This document shows positions 11,401 to 19,415 of a stretch of DNA of 64,000 nucleotides, piece after piece; position 1 is the stretch's first letter, and every line of letters begins with the position of its first letter. The notes beneath the pieces were generated by a model, which ran no database searches, was not told the DNA's origin, and saw only the letters and a program-made list of their open reading frames with translations. Source of the stretch: a virus; the IMG/VR virus record IMGVR_UViG_3300028027_000054, positions 15,807 through 79,806 of that record; one strand, given 5' to 3'. The position numbers and the translations under genes were made by a program.

Positions 11401-14400
11401 ACACAGACTATGTCAACCGGTTGCGTCAGTCAGGGGTTAAAGGTCGTGACGCAGCACGTCTGATGCTGCTGGACATGAAGCTAAATTACCAGAACACCCA
11501 GGTAAAGATGATCCAGTTCCTGAGGTTTGATCCGGCCCTGGCATTTAAAAAGTTCAAGGGCTTTACCAATCCGGGTACATTTACAGACATATCTGCTGCA
11601 GACAGGATTAACCTGGTTTCTACCACATGGGATGAATTCTCCAAGCGTGCTGCTGCCTTGATTGCCCCTGGTAGCCAGGGAAGCTATAGCTGGAAGACCA
11701 AGGATGGTGAGACTTATTCTTCTCCTTCTTATGAAGCAGTTACTGCTGCTGACGTAGACTACAAGATTGGAGAAACAGATAATACTACAACAGATGCTCA
11801 AGAATACATTACACTTAATGAGCATATAGATAACCTCATGTCAGAAGGTAAGATCCCTCTGGAGATCTGGCAGTCTATCTATGATAAAATTGAAAAAGCC
11901 GGTCCTGGTGGATACTATGAACTCAGCGGTGAAGAGCTGGGTTATGTATTCACACCTACTAAACCTGTACAGGTAAACGACGTAGACGAAGGATCTGCAG
12001 AAGCAGGTCTGAACCGTATTGACTATGTAAAGAGCTCCCGTTATCCGTTGATTCCCCAGCATGAAGCAGGAAGTGAGCGTGATAAGATGCGTGGCTGGAT
12101 GGAGCGTAATAACATCCGTGCCATCAACTTTGCTTCAGGCAAAAAGCTGGGTCGTCCTGTAAGATCAGTTACACTATTTAACGAAAATGGTTCTGAGTTT
12201 ATAGAACCCTCTGCCAATGATACAGCTGCTGCCAGGCAAACGCTAAGCCGTGAAGGTCTGCGTACACAGCAGGAGATTCCGCACCAGAAAGACCAGATCC
12301 GTACGGTGTCTCAGATGAACCGTACCCTGTTTGATAATATGCTGGAGGAGAGTTTCTCTCTAAAGGGTATCCAAAAGATAAGCGGTACAGAAGCAAAGGG
12401 TTTAAAAGAACTGGTACGCTCTCGTTTGTTTGAAAAGCAGGCTGAAAAACTGCAACAGGAACTGGGAGATCTAAACAGATCCCATCGTGGTCTGCACCGT
12501 TTACTTAAAGATGTTATTCTAAATGACACCACAGGAAGCTATGGTGAAAACGATCTTAAGAGTATAGAGCTGGATGAAAAGACCGGCAAGTTTAAACTCC
12601 CGCTTGAGCAGCAGTTTAAACTCAAGAAGTTTCAGGGACTGATCAACTCTTTGATCAACAAGAACGTCATGCTTAAAGTAGAGGGATCCAGCTTTGTGCA
12701 GGTCTCTGGTGTGGGTGCTAAGTTCAACTTCTCCAACCTTAGTAAAGGTGTAAAGAGTGGAATCATCTGGACGGATAGCTACGCCAAGAACTTTAAAGAC
12801 GGTGACGTTAAACTAAACTACATCCGCAAAGAGGGTGATCAGGTGAAGCCTGCCCAGGTGATTGTGTCCCAGTACCTGCGTGACAAAGAAGGAAACCTGA
12901 TTGATCTGTCTCAATATATCACTGAAAAAAACGGGGTAAAGATCCTGGATACGTCTAAGTTCTCTCCTGAAATGTTTGAGCTCGTGGGAACACGTATTCC
13001 CAACCAGTCACATCCTTCCATGCTTCCCATAGAAGTGGTAGGTTTTCTACCGGCTTATATGGAGAACACCATCATAGTCCCAGATGGTATCACCGGTCAG
13101 ATGGGTTCTGACTTTGACGTAGATAAACTCTATGCTTACATCTCTAAGATGGAGCAGAAAGAAGACAAGTTTGTTCCTGTACAATATGAACTGAACAGTA
13201 CAGAAGACGTAGATAAGCTTAGTGAAGAACAGCTTGGTCAGCTCTACCGTGACATTCACTGGATGGCCCTGACGCACCCGGCTGCTTACGATAAGATCAC
13301 CAAGTCTATTGACATGCCAGAGGTAAAAAGAAAGGTGGCGGAAAGAGAAGCTGAGCTGAAAAAGTATGGTATAGCTGATGACAAGGGTGTAATGCTTCCC
13401 CTGGACTTCATGACCTCTATCAACCGATTTAACGATAACCGTTCTGGTAAAGTGGGTGTAGGTGTGTTTGCCAACCTGATCTCTGCTCAAGCAGACTTCC
13501 AGGACAAGGTACTCAGGCTGGGTATGATGCAAGATGACGTTGCAAAAGAAAAGCCTATCAAGATCAGGCTTTCTAAAAACGGAAAGGTTGTAGATCTTCT
13601 TTACCTGGGTAAACCAGGTACTTCTAAGTCTTTTGTAGGTAAGACCCGTACTATATCTGAGAACCTGAACATCATGTTTACGGAGTCAGTGGACAACGCC
13701 AAGAACCAGTATCTGCGTGAGTTCAACTGGGAAGAAAAAGCTATGAGTGCCATTGGTGTATTTGAAATGCTTACTGATGAGAATGGCAATGCAGCTCCTA
13801 TTGAGTTTGTCATGGACCTGACTTCTCAGGAAGCCATTAAAGAACTTTTTACATCTATAGACCAGAAGCAGGACTCGTTTGGAGAGTTTGACAGCAGTGC
13901 ACTAGATACCGCCACCTTAGAACTTCAGTTTAAGTACGCAAACGCCTTGGTAACCGGTGGATACTTTTCCAGTATAGCTGAGGCACAAGAGTATTTAGTA
14001 GACGAGAACCGTGACCAGGCACTGGATCCGGAAACCCTGGATGATATGTGGTTGGTAGGTAAAGCCATCAAGTTACAGGAAGAGCAAAAGCAAGAGGCTC
14101 TAGAAAAGATAGCAAAGGATAAAGGCTACACGTCTGTTCGTGATCTGATGTTAAAATACACCACTGTTCAACATGACAGTCTGGAGCTCTTTAAGAGAAT
14201 GGAGGACATAGGTCGTGAGCTAAACACCATCCTTGGTAGCGTATATACCTATACTAAAGGTATTGGTCCCAATGTATTTGCCACACGTCAGAAGCTTACC
14301 CAGCTGAATAAACTTTCTGGTTCTACAAACTTTCTTGGTCTTACTAATGTAGCTGGTGTTATCAAGCGTAATGACAGCACGGGTAAGATAGAGATCGAGG

Positions 14401-17400
14401 CTCAGGGAGAGATCGGGGCATCTATCAAGCATTCACTTATGGTGGCCCAGGATATTTACAAGGCCCTGTTTCCGATCAGTTCTGGTAGTCATATAGAAGC
14501 TGTTGTAGATAAATTGATGGCAAACCAGGGTAAGAGCAAAGAAGAGCTGGGAAAAGATAGTTACATCAGCCTTTATGACACTGTGTTCAATGGTATCAAG
14601 GCTTACCTGTACACTATGCCTGGTTTGGAATTATTCCAGGACTCACGTGGCACCAGGGATAAGCTTGTCAACGGAGACACGTCTTTGGGTAAACGTATCA
14701 TGGATCTGAGTAAAGATCCAGAATACAGACGTAACGGGTTCCTTAAAAATCTGGAAGTAAAGCAGGCTCCCAAGCAGAAAGCTTTCACTGTAAACTTCAA
14801 AGCTCCTTTTGGAACTGATCTGGACGAGAAAGCCATCATCAGCGGGTTCTATGAACTGGCCACTTCTGATAAAGAAGAGATCCGCCAGCTGGCCAAAGAC
14901 CTGGCTATTTATCCTTTTGTTACAGGTGATGCCGGTAACATGGGTAGGTTTATTCCTGTTGACTATTATCTGAGTGACGAGGACTTTAGCCAGGTGATTG
15001 CTGCACTAGACAGCGTATACAGCATGAACATGGATGACCCAGGAGCTATGCAGGCACTGATGCAACAGATCGTGCAGAACAATCCTGACCAGTTTGCCAA
15101 GGCATTTAAGTATTCTACATATGGAAGCGTTACCGGTACAAAAGACAATGTATTTAAACGTGTAGTCAAAAAGCTTGTAGGAAAAGAAGAACTGAAAGAT
15201 GTAACTACGTTTACCATTAAGATTGGTGACTTTGAAGCTGATCCTAAAGGAAAGAACATAGCAAACTCTCTGAAGGTTCCTCTGTCAAACGATGAGTCAA
15301 AATCTCTTAAGCAACAAGGTAAGACAGTAAATTTTAAATATCCTCCGTATATCCTGATCAACGATACGTTTACCAGTGAGTTTATAGAAGCGGGTAGCCG
15401 TAACGTGAACTATCTGTACAAGAGGGTTAGCTTTGCGGGAAATCCGGTTGGTACCTATGAGCGGATTAATATCCTGGGATACAACGGTATCAAAGAGTAT
15501 GACTTTAACAACCCAGATCTGGCATCATCCATAGAAGGTAATAATAACGTAGAGGATGACACAGCGTTTCAGGAAACCGTTCCGCCTGCAGCTCCTGTAC
15601 AGGAACAAGTTACTTCTACTGGTAGTAAAACTTATACAGGTAAGATAGAAAGCTTGCAACCTAACCAGGTGTTTGTGTTTGGGTCAAATCCTGAAGGTAG
15701 ACACGGTGCAGGTGCAGCAAAAACTGCAGCTGATAAGTTTGGTGCAGTTAATAATCTTGGTCGTGGTTTACAAGGACAGTCTTATGCACTGGTAACCAAG
15801 AACCTTAAACCTGGTTTTACAGAATCAAGCACTGGGATCACTTATGAGAAAGCCGGTGAAAGAAGTGTTAGTCCGGAACAAGTTAAGGCTAACATTCAGG
15901 AGCTTTATGAAACAGCTAAGCGTAATCCGGATAAAGAGTTTATTGTAGCTTATTCAGCTACAGGTAAAAATCTGAATGGATACAGTGCACAAGAAATGGC
16001 TGATATGTTCTCTTCTGCAGAGATACCATCTAACATGGTATTTGAAGAAGGGTTTAGTAAGTTGTTAAATAAGCAGGAGGCTCCTGTTACTCAAGGTGTA
16101 GAGATCTCTTCTAACTCAAAAGGTCTGGCAGCAGCTCTTACTAATCCTACAGAGCTGGCTAAGCAGAAAGGTAATTTGACTCAGTCTTATCCTGTTACGT
16201 TTGATGGGGTTACTTATAAAGACGCAGAAGAAGCTTACCAGAAGAACAAGGGTAAGTATAAACCTGAAGGTCTTGGTAAGGGATCTACATATGATCTGAT
16301 GGTACAGATCCTGGAAGCTAAGCTTAAGCAACATCCTCGTTTGACAGAAGAGATCACTAAAGCTGGAGGCATGAATTGGTTGTCTAAAGCTACTCATCAG
16401 CCAACTGGTAAGAATACGGTATGGGAAACTGGTGGGCAGAACCTGTTTATCAATGCTTTACAGGAAGCTTACTATGGTGTAACTGAAGATGCTGCAATCT
16501 TAGCAGAGCAAAACGAGGAGCAGGAAGTTATTAAAGCACCGCAAGAGGACCAGGAATCAGTCACCATGGTAACGTATGGTGGTAGAAACTTTATCCTGGA
16601 AGAAAATGCAGGTAGTTTTGATGTTTTCTATGCTAATGATAATGGAACTAAGGGTGTTCCTGTAGAAGACAGGGGGCTGTTTAAAAAAGTACAGCTCACA
16701 CACGCTATTTCACTTTACCCTGAAAGAGTGGTTTCTATAACAATCGGTTCTAAAGAGAACAGTTACTATGTTATTGATGATAGGATTTTCTCTCTACAAC
16801 CAAGCTCTTTTGGTGACCTGATCACATCTGATGATGTCACACGCCGTGTGATGCAGCAGATGAACACACCAATGCAGGAAAAGCAGGTTGAGCAGCAAGA
16901 ACCTAAGAAGTCTACTACAACGTTTACATATAAGAATATCACTGTACCTACAGAGTTTCAGCTGAGTGCAGAACAAAGCAAGGCTCTGGAAAACATCATT
17001 GACTTTGTAGAAGCAAGATCTGCAGGAGAAGGAACTTATGACGGCACCTATACATTAGAAGGCTATGCCGGTACTGGTAAGACATCCATCATTGGTGTTC
17101 TGGACCGGTATATCTCTCAGAAAGCCAAGGGTACTAAGTTTGTTTACATGGCACCTACCCATGCGGCTACTGTTGCCTTGGGTAATAACATTGTGAAGTA
17201 TGGTGCCAGGGAACTGCCTATGACTATACAGGCATCAGTAACAGAATCTAAGGATCCGAGAAGACCCGGACCTAAGTTTACCAAGAAGTTTACTGACAGG
17301 GCTACTGGTATGAGGAATGTCATCGTTTTGGATGAGGCTTCTATGTTGGCCAACAAAGACTTTGAGAAGCTTATTCTTGCTGCTAAAGCAGAAGGTTATA

Positions 17401-19415
17401 AGATCATATTCATGGGAGATCCCAAGCAGATCCCTGAGGTAATGCCAGGTGTAAAAACCAAAGAGCTTGCCAGGGCATTTGCTAATCCTAACAAGTCAGT
17501 ACTTACCAGTGTATTCAGAACCAAGGACAACAACATCCTGACCGTGCTGACCAACATCCGTAACAACACGGACTTTATGGAGTATGAGTTTGAGAGTACA
17601 GACAACATGAAGCAGCTCAATCGTTCTGCTTATAATGAAGAGCTGATCAATGATCTTCAGAATAACCTGGAAGACGTCACCATTATTAACTACACCAATG
17701 ATGGGGTTGCCAAGATCAACAAGGCTGCCCGTCAGGTGTTGGGGTATAGCGGACCGTTGAAACCCGGAGAGAAGATCGTTGGGTACCTGGGTTCCCAGAC
17801 TAAGCAGGTAGAAAAAGGACATCTGGCTAACTCGGTGAGCTACATGGTCCAGGACGTCTCTGTAAGGGATGATGGAGCTGTAGTCATTACAGCTACATCT
17901 AAAGCCCTGGAAGATCTGCAGAAAGCAGGTATGACAGGTTTTCCTTCCCAGGTCTCTTTCAGATACTTACAACTCTCTGTTAATGATTCTTTAGACTTTG
18001 GTTTGAACCAGGCCCAACTTGACAATAACAAGAAGGAGCTTGAGCGTTCCTTAAAACAGATTCATGAGCTTAATGAACTGTACCAAAGAAAAGGGATTGC
18101 TTATCCGACTTACCTGGTACAGGTACAAGCTATTCGTACAGCAATGGCTGACTTCAACACAGGAGCCAAGTATATTTATAATCCGGCATCAGGTCAGATA
18201 GAACCATATGATTCCAGGAAACATAAAGGCATCAATGCCAACCTTGAGATGGACAAGGGTGTGGACTTTGGATATGGCATCACGGTACACAAGTCACAGG
18301 GTATGACCATTCCTATTGTGTATTTTGACACTAACAGTCTTAGTGTAGTGTCTGACACAGCCATCACCAGGGATGGGCAGAAGTTCAATACAGAAAAGAA
18401 TGCCCTGTACTATGTGGGTATGTCCCGTGCCTCTCAAAAACTGGTGGTTCCCAAGAACACCGTAGCAGCACCGATAGCCAGTCAGTCTGACTTTATGGAT
18501 GGGTTCTCTGCTAGTCCTGAGTTTCAGATGGAGGACTTTAATCCACTGGAACTGTTCTTAGGTTTCCAGCAGGATGAAGCTATAGATAACTTTGTAGCTG
18601 AACTGTTTGGTAAAGAAACCACAGTGACTGACTATAAAGGGTTCTTGAATAAACTCTTCAAGGCAACATCTGCCGTTAACAAAGCCCTGATCACAGCTAT
18701 CAGTAAAACAGGTACGGTGGAACCGGTGACATTTAAGATAGACATGTCTCAGCCTGATCCGGGTACGTACAACAGAGCTACCAGGACTATTACGATTAAT
18801 CCAAAGGCAGCTATTGCTGATGCAGTGGACATAGAAGACATGCAAGCTAAGATCCATGAGGTGATCATGCATGAGCTGGTGCACCACGTGACCGTGGATC
18901 TGCTACTGGCAGACCAGGCTACGCTGAGTCCTGAGCAACGCAAGTGGGTCAAGGGTATTAACAACCTCTTTGACCAGGTGCAAACCAAGATGCTGGAAGA
19001 TCCTCAACACTCTTCAGCTTTGCTGATGGCCATGGCCAACATGAGTTCTGAAGGGTTCATGTCAGCTAAAGATAAGAGTCTGTACTACGGACTGACCAGC
19101 GTATATGACTTTGTTACCATGATGATGACAGACAAAGGTTTCCAGAACTTTATGAACACTGTACCGGTACAGGGAAACAAAACGATCCTTGACAGGTTTA
19201 TGGATTTGTTGGTTAGTCTGATCAAGTCTCTGGGTATCCAGGTAAAAGATAACTCAGCCCTGGATGAAGGTCTTAGAAATATCATTGGCCTGATGGGTGC
19301 CCGTACGGAGAACAATGTACAGAAGTCTATTGCCACTGAGTCTGCAAACCGGGACTACATAGAGAAAAACTTTGATAGAATTATTAACGTGCTCAACATT
19401 AAAACCAAGTGCTAA
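8478..19415 (+). CDS. Virion RNA polymerase (double-psi beta-barrel type) fused to macro-like, NADAR-like, SF1B helicase and zincin domains, 3645 aa
   Basis: RIPNQ...GQMGSDFDVDKL catalytic motif (DFDVD at 13110-13124). Helicase motifs GYAGTGKT, DEASM, GDPKQ, TVHKSQG, YVGMSRA. Zincin motif HELVH (18870-18884). Confidence 0.9.
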   Translation: MICPNITSPEWKALVAKVGENRAWKEFLIYGKTPSADNYEIIDAAAVKDNTGKASEVLEFRAFQSFKEYEEFLEVKRDFTNDFASAYLKHSAAIDFVDRIFDKVFPGEMTWGNYIIDPKTGQTKFIVDNEPLAGMTAEELNKMVRAKFNTWFKANLKRELDTETINLNGKEINIKNPSTTEERVARTIFDLFATFKPAVENYVFSKEGLEADVINDLSVKYKVVVYNPDNDEDKQVFRSIRTKSTEQIAAGISKDLIRSQKDLKYTSHIMASVINTLGDIAPNRKLEVSPAQAFNTVKGIYAEVADNLKMALNGIVGSDQDLAEVKASASYNDILNEFPVLAYVNSYDDMVSAAETYDTIVSNFDKYKESVVAELARKGIRMGKNTIQMVDPADVAVQEVDDAENTEISQDEIGDRYDRSVFETNPRDTASVRVKALVQTIKTGEYELGIPVYADPNDVFADILQAGSEMALTGFTDASGKFQAFKFAIIKRAEARPYLNDFLTKLNRFEQNNEWEKINDILTFATKAFANETLLLYKTRKDGNQVTGITDVKVINANRDTVEDQVSREWLESHKQSAFFNRSSLNELKVNPEKLQRLGKIIEEGKAAVGPAKTAKFKEFFATLGIEFTDAELAYITPRLSKALGKGPDFDIVFGKKNLLDNIYTSFTKNASQVFDDNYGFQDEKGNMRKLATLYYEANPGRYKLASAQTADGKQKYLYILTNFIEKKKRQWNLGQYANVTNSALARPNRSFWDKVKSGVNSFIPQYFNGIREQQAGKDGKVRKSLTEKEQTVTMLLKHQENLNVATYINFTLSDKTTTIETKMTKEFFVDGNDQPLGKGRDYIVNEKGELQFTSGLGQRAYDAFVAPEVSRILAAIKHGKDINLENFDIASKLFYFIPSLNSNPNLEEFRSDLYAGQLTIDQLNAKHGTAVGQAVLEDMQQSAEQQIDQFIANGILKVENGAYSFPTSINGFKNTDYVNRLRQSGVKGRDAARLMLLDMKLNYQNTQVKMIQFLRFDPALAFKKFKGFTNPGTFTDISAADRINLVSTTWDEFSKRAAALIAPGSQGSYSWKTKDGETYSSPSYEAVTAADVDYKIGETDNTTTDAQEYITLNEHIDNLMSEGKIPLEIWQSIYDKIEKAGPGGYYELSGEELGYVFTPTKPVQVNDVDEGSAEAGLNRIDYVKSSRYPLIPQHEAGSERDKMRGWMERNNIRAINFASGKKLGRPVRSVTLFNENGSEFIEPSANDTAAARQTLSREGLRTQQEIPHQKDQIRTVSQMNRTLFDNMLEESFSLKGIQKISGTEAKGLKELVRSRLFEKQAEKLQQELGDLNRSHRGLHRLLKDVILNDTTGSYGENDLKSIELDEKTGKFKLPLEQQFKLKKFQGLINSLINKNVMLKVEGSSFVQVSGVGAKFNFSNLSKGVKSGIIWTDSYAKNFKDGDVKLNYIRKEGDQVKPAQVIVSQYLRDKEGNLIDLSQYITEKNGVKILDTSKFSPEMFELVGTRIPNQSHPSMLPIEVVGFLPAYMENTIIVPDGITGQMGSDFDVDKLYAYISKMEQKEDKFVPVQYELNSTEDVDKLSEEQLGQLYRDIHWMALTHPAAYDKITKSIDMPEVKRKVAEREAELKKYGIADDKGVMLPLDFMTSINRFNDNRSGKVGVGVFANLISAQADFQDKVLRLGMMQDDVAKEKPIKIRLSKNGKVVDLLYLGKPGTSKSFVGKTRTISENLNIMFTESVDNAKNQYLREFNWEEKAMSAIGVFEMLTDENGNAAPIEFVMDLTSQEAIKELFTSIDQKQDSFGEFDSSALDTATLELQFKYANALVTGGYFSSIAEAQEYLVDENRDQALDPETLDDMWLVGKAIKLQEEQKQEALEKIAKDKGYTSVRDLMLKYTTVQHDSLELFKRMEDIGRELNTILGSVYTYTKGIGPNVFATRQKLTQLNKLSGSTNFLGLTNVAGVIKRNDSTGKIEIEAQGEIGASIKHSLMVAQDIYKALFPISSGSHIEAVVDKLMANQGKSKEELGKDSYISLYDTVFNGIKAYLYTMPGLELFQDSRGTRDKLVNGDTSLGKRIMDLSKDPEYRRNGFLKNLEVKQAPKQKAFTVNFKAPFGTDLDEKAIISGFYELATSDKEEIRQLAKDLAIYPFVTGDAGNMGRFIPVDYYLSDEDFSQVIAALDSVYSMNMDDPGAMQALMQQIVQNNPDQFAKAFKYSTYGSVTGTKDNVFKRVVKKLVGKEELKDVTTFTIKIGDFEADPKGKNIANSLKVPLSNDESKSLKQQGKTVNFKYPPYILINDTFTSEFIEAGSRNVNYLYKRVSFAGNPVGTYERINILGYNGIKEYDFNNPDLASSIEGNNNVEDDTAFQETVPPAAPVQEQVTSTGSKTYTGKIESLQPNQVFVFGSNPEGRHGAGAAKTAADKFGAVNNLGRGLQGQSYALVTKNLKPGFTESSTGITYEKAGERSVSPEQVKANIQELYETAKRNPDKEFIVAYSATGKNLNGYSAQEMADMFSSAEIPSNMVFEEGFSKLLNKQEAPVTQGVEISSNSKGLAAALTNPTELAKQKGNLTQSYPVTFDGVTYKDAEEAYQKNKGKYKPEGLGKGSTYDLMVQILEAKLKQHPRLTEEITKAGGMNWLSKATHQPTGKNTVWETGGQNLFINALQEAYYGVTEDAAILAEQNEEQEVIKAPQEDQESVTMVTYGGRNFILEENAGSFDVFYANDNGTKGVPVEDRGLFKKVQLTHAISLYPERVVSITIGSKENSYYVIDDRIFSLQPSSFGDLITSDDVTRRVMQQMNTPMQEKQVEQQEPKKSTTTFTYKNITVPTEFQLSAEQSKALENIIDFVEARSAGEGTYDGTYTLEGYAGTGKTSIIGVLDRYISQKAKGTKFVYMAPTHAATVALGNNIVKYGARELPMTIQASVTESKDPRRPGPKFTKKFTDRATGMRNVIVLDEASMLANKDFEKLILAAKAEGYKIIFMGDPKQIPEVMPGVKTKELARAFANPNKSVLTSVFRTKDNNILTVLTNIRNNTDFMEYEFESTDNMKQLNRSAYNEELINDLQNNLEDVTIINYTNDGVAKINKAARQVLGYSGPLKPGEKIVGYLGSQTKQVEKGHLANSVSYMVQDVSVRDDGAVVITATSKALEDLQKAGMTGFPSQVSFRYLQLSVNDSLDFGLNQAQLDNNKKELERSLKQIHELNELYQRKGIAYPTYLVQVQAIRTAMADFNTGAKYIYNPASGQIEPYDSRKHKGINANLEMDKGVDFGYGITVHKSQGMTIPIVYFDTNSLSVVSDTAITRDGQKFNTEKNALYYVGMSRASQKLVVPKNTVAAPIASQSDFMDGFSASPEFQMEDFNPLELFLGFQQDEAIDNFVAELFGKETTVTDYKGFLNKLFKATSAVNKALITAISKTGTVEPVTFKIDMSQPDPGTYNRATRTITINPKAAIADAVDIEDMQAKIHEVIMHELVHHVTVDLLLADQATLSPEQRKWVKGINNLFDQVQTKMLEDPQHSSALLMAMANMSSEGFMSAKDKSLYYGLTSVYDFVTMMMTDKGFQNFMNTVPVQGNKTILDRFMDLLVSLIKSLGIQVKDNSALDEGLRNIIGLMGARTENNVQKSIATESANRDYIEKNFDRIINVLNIKTKC

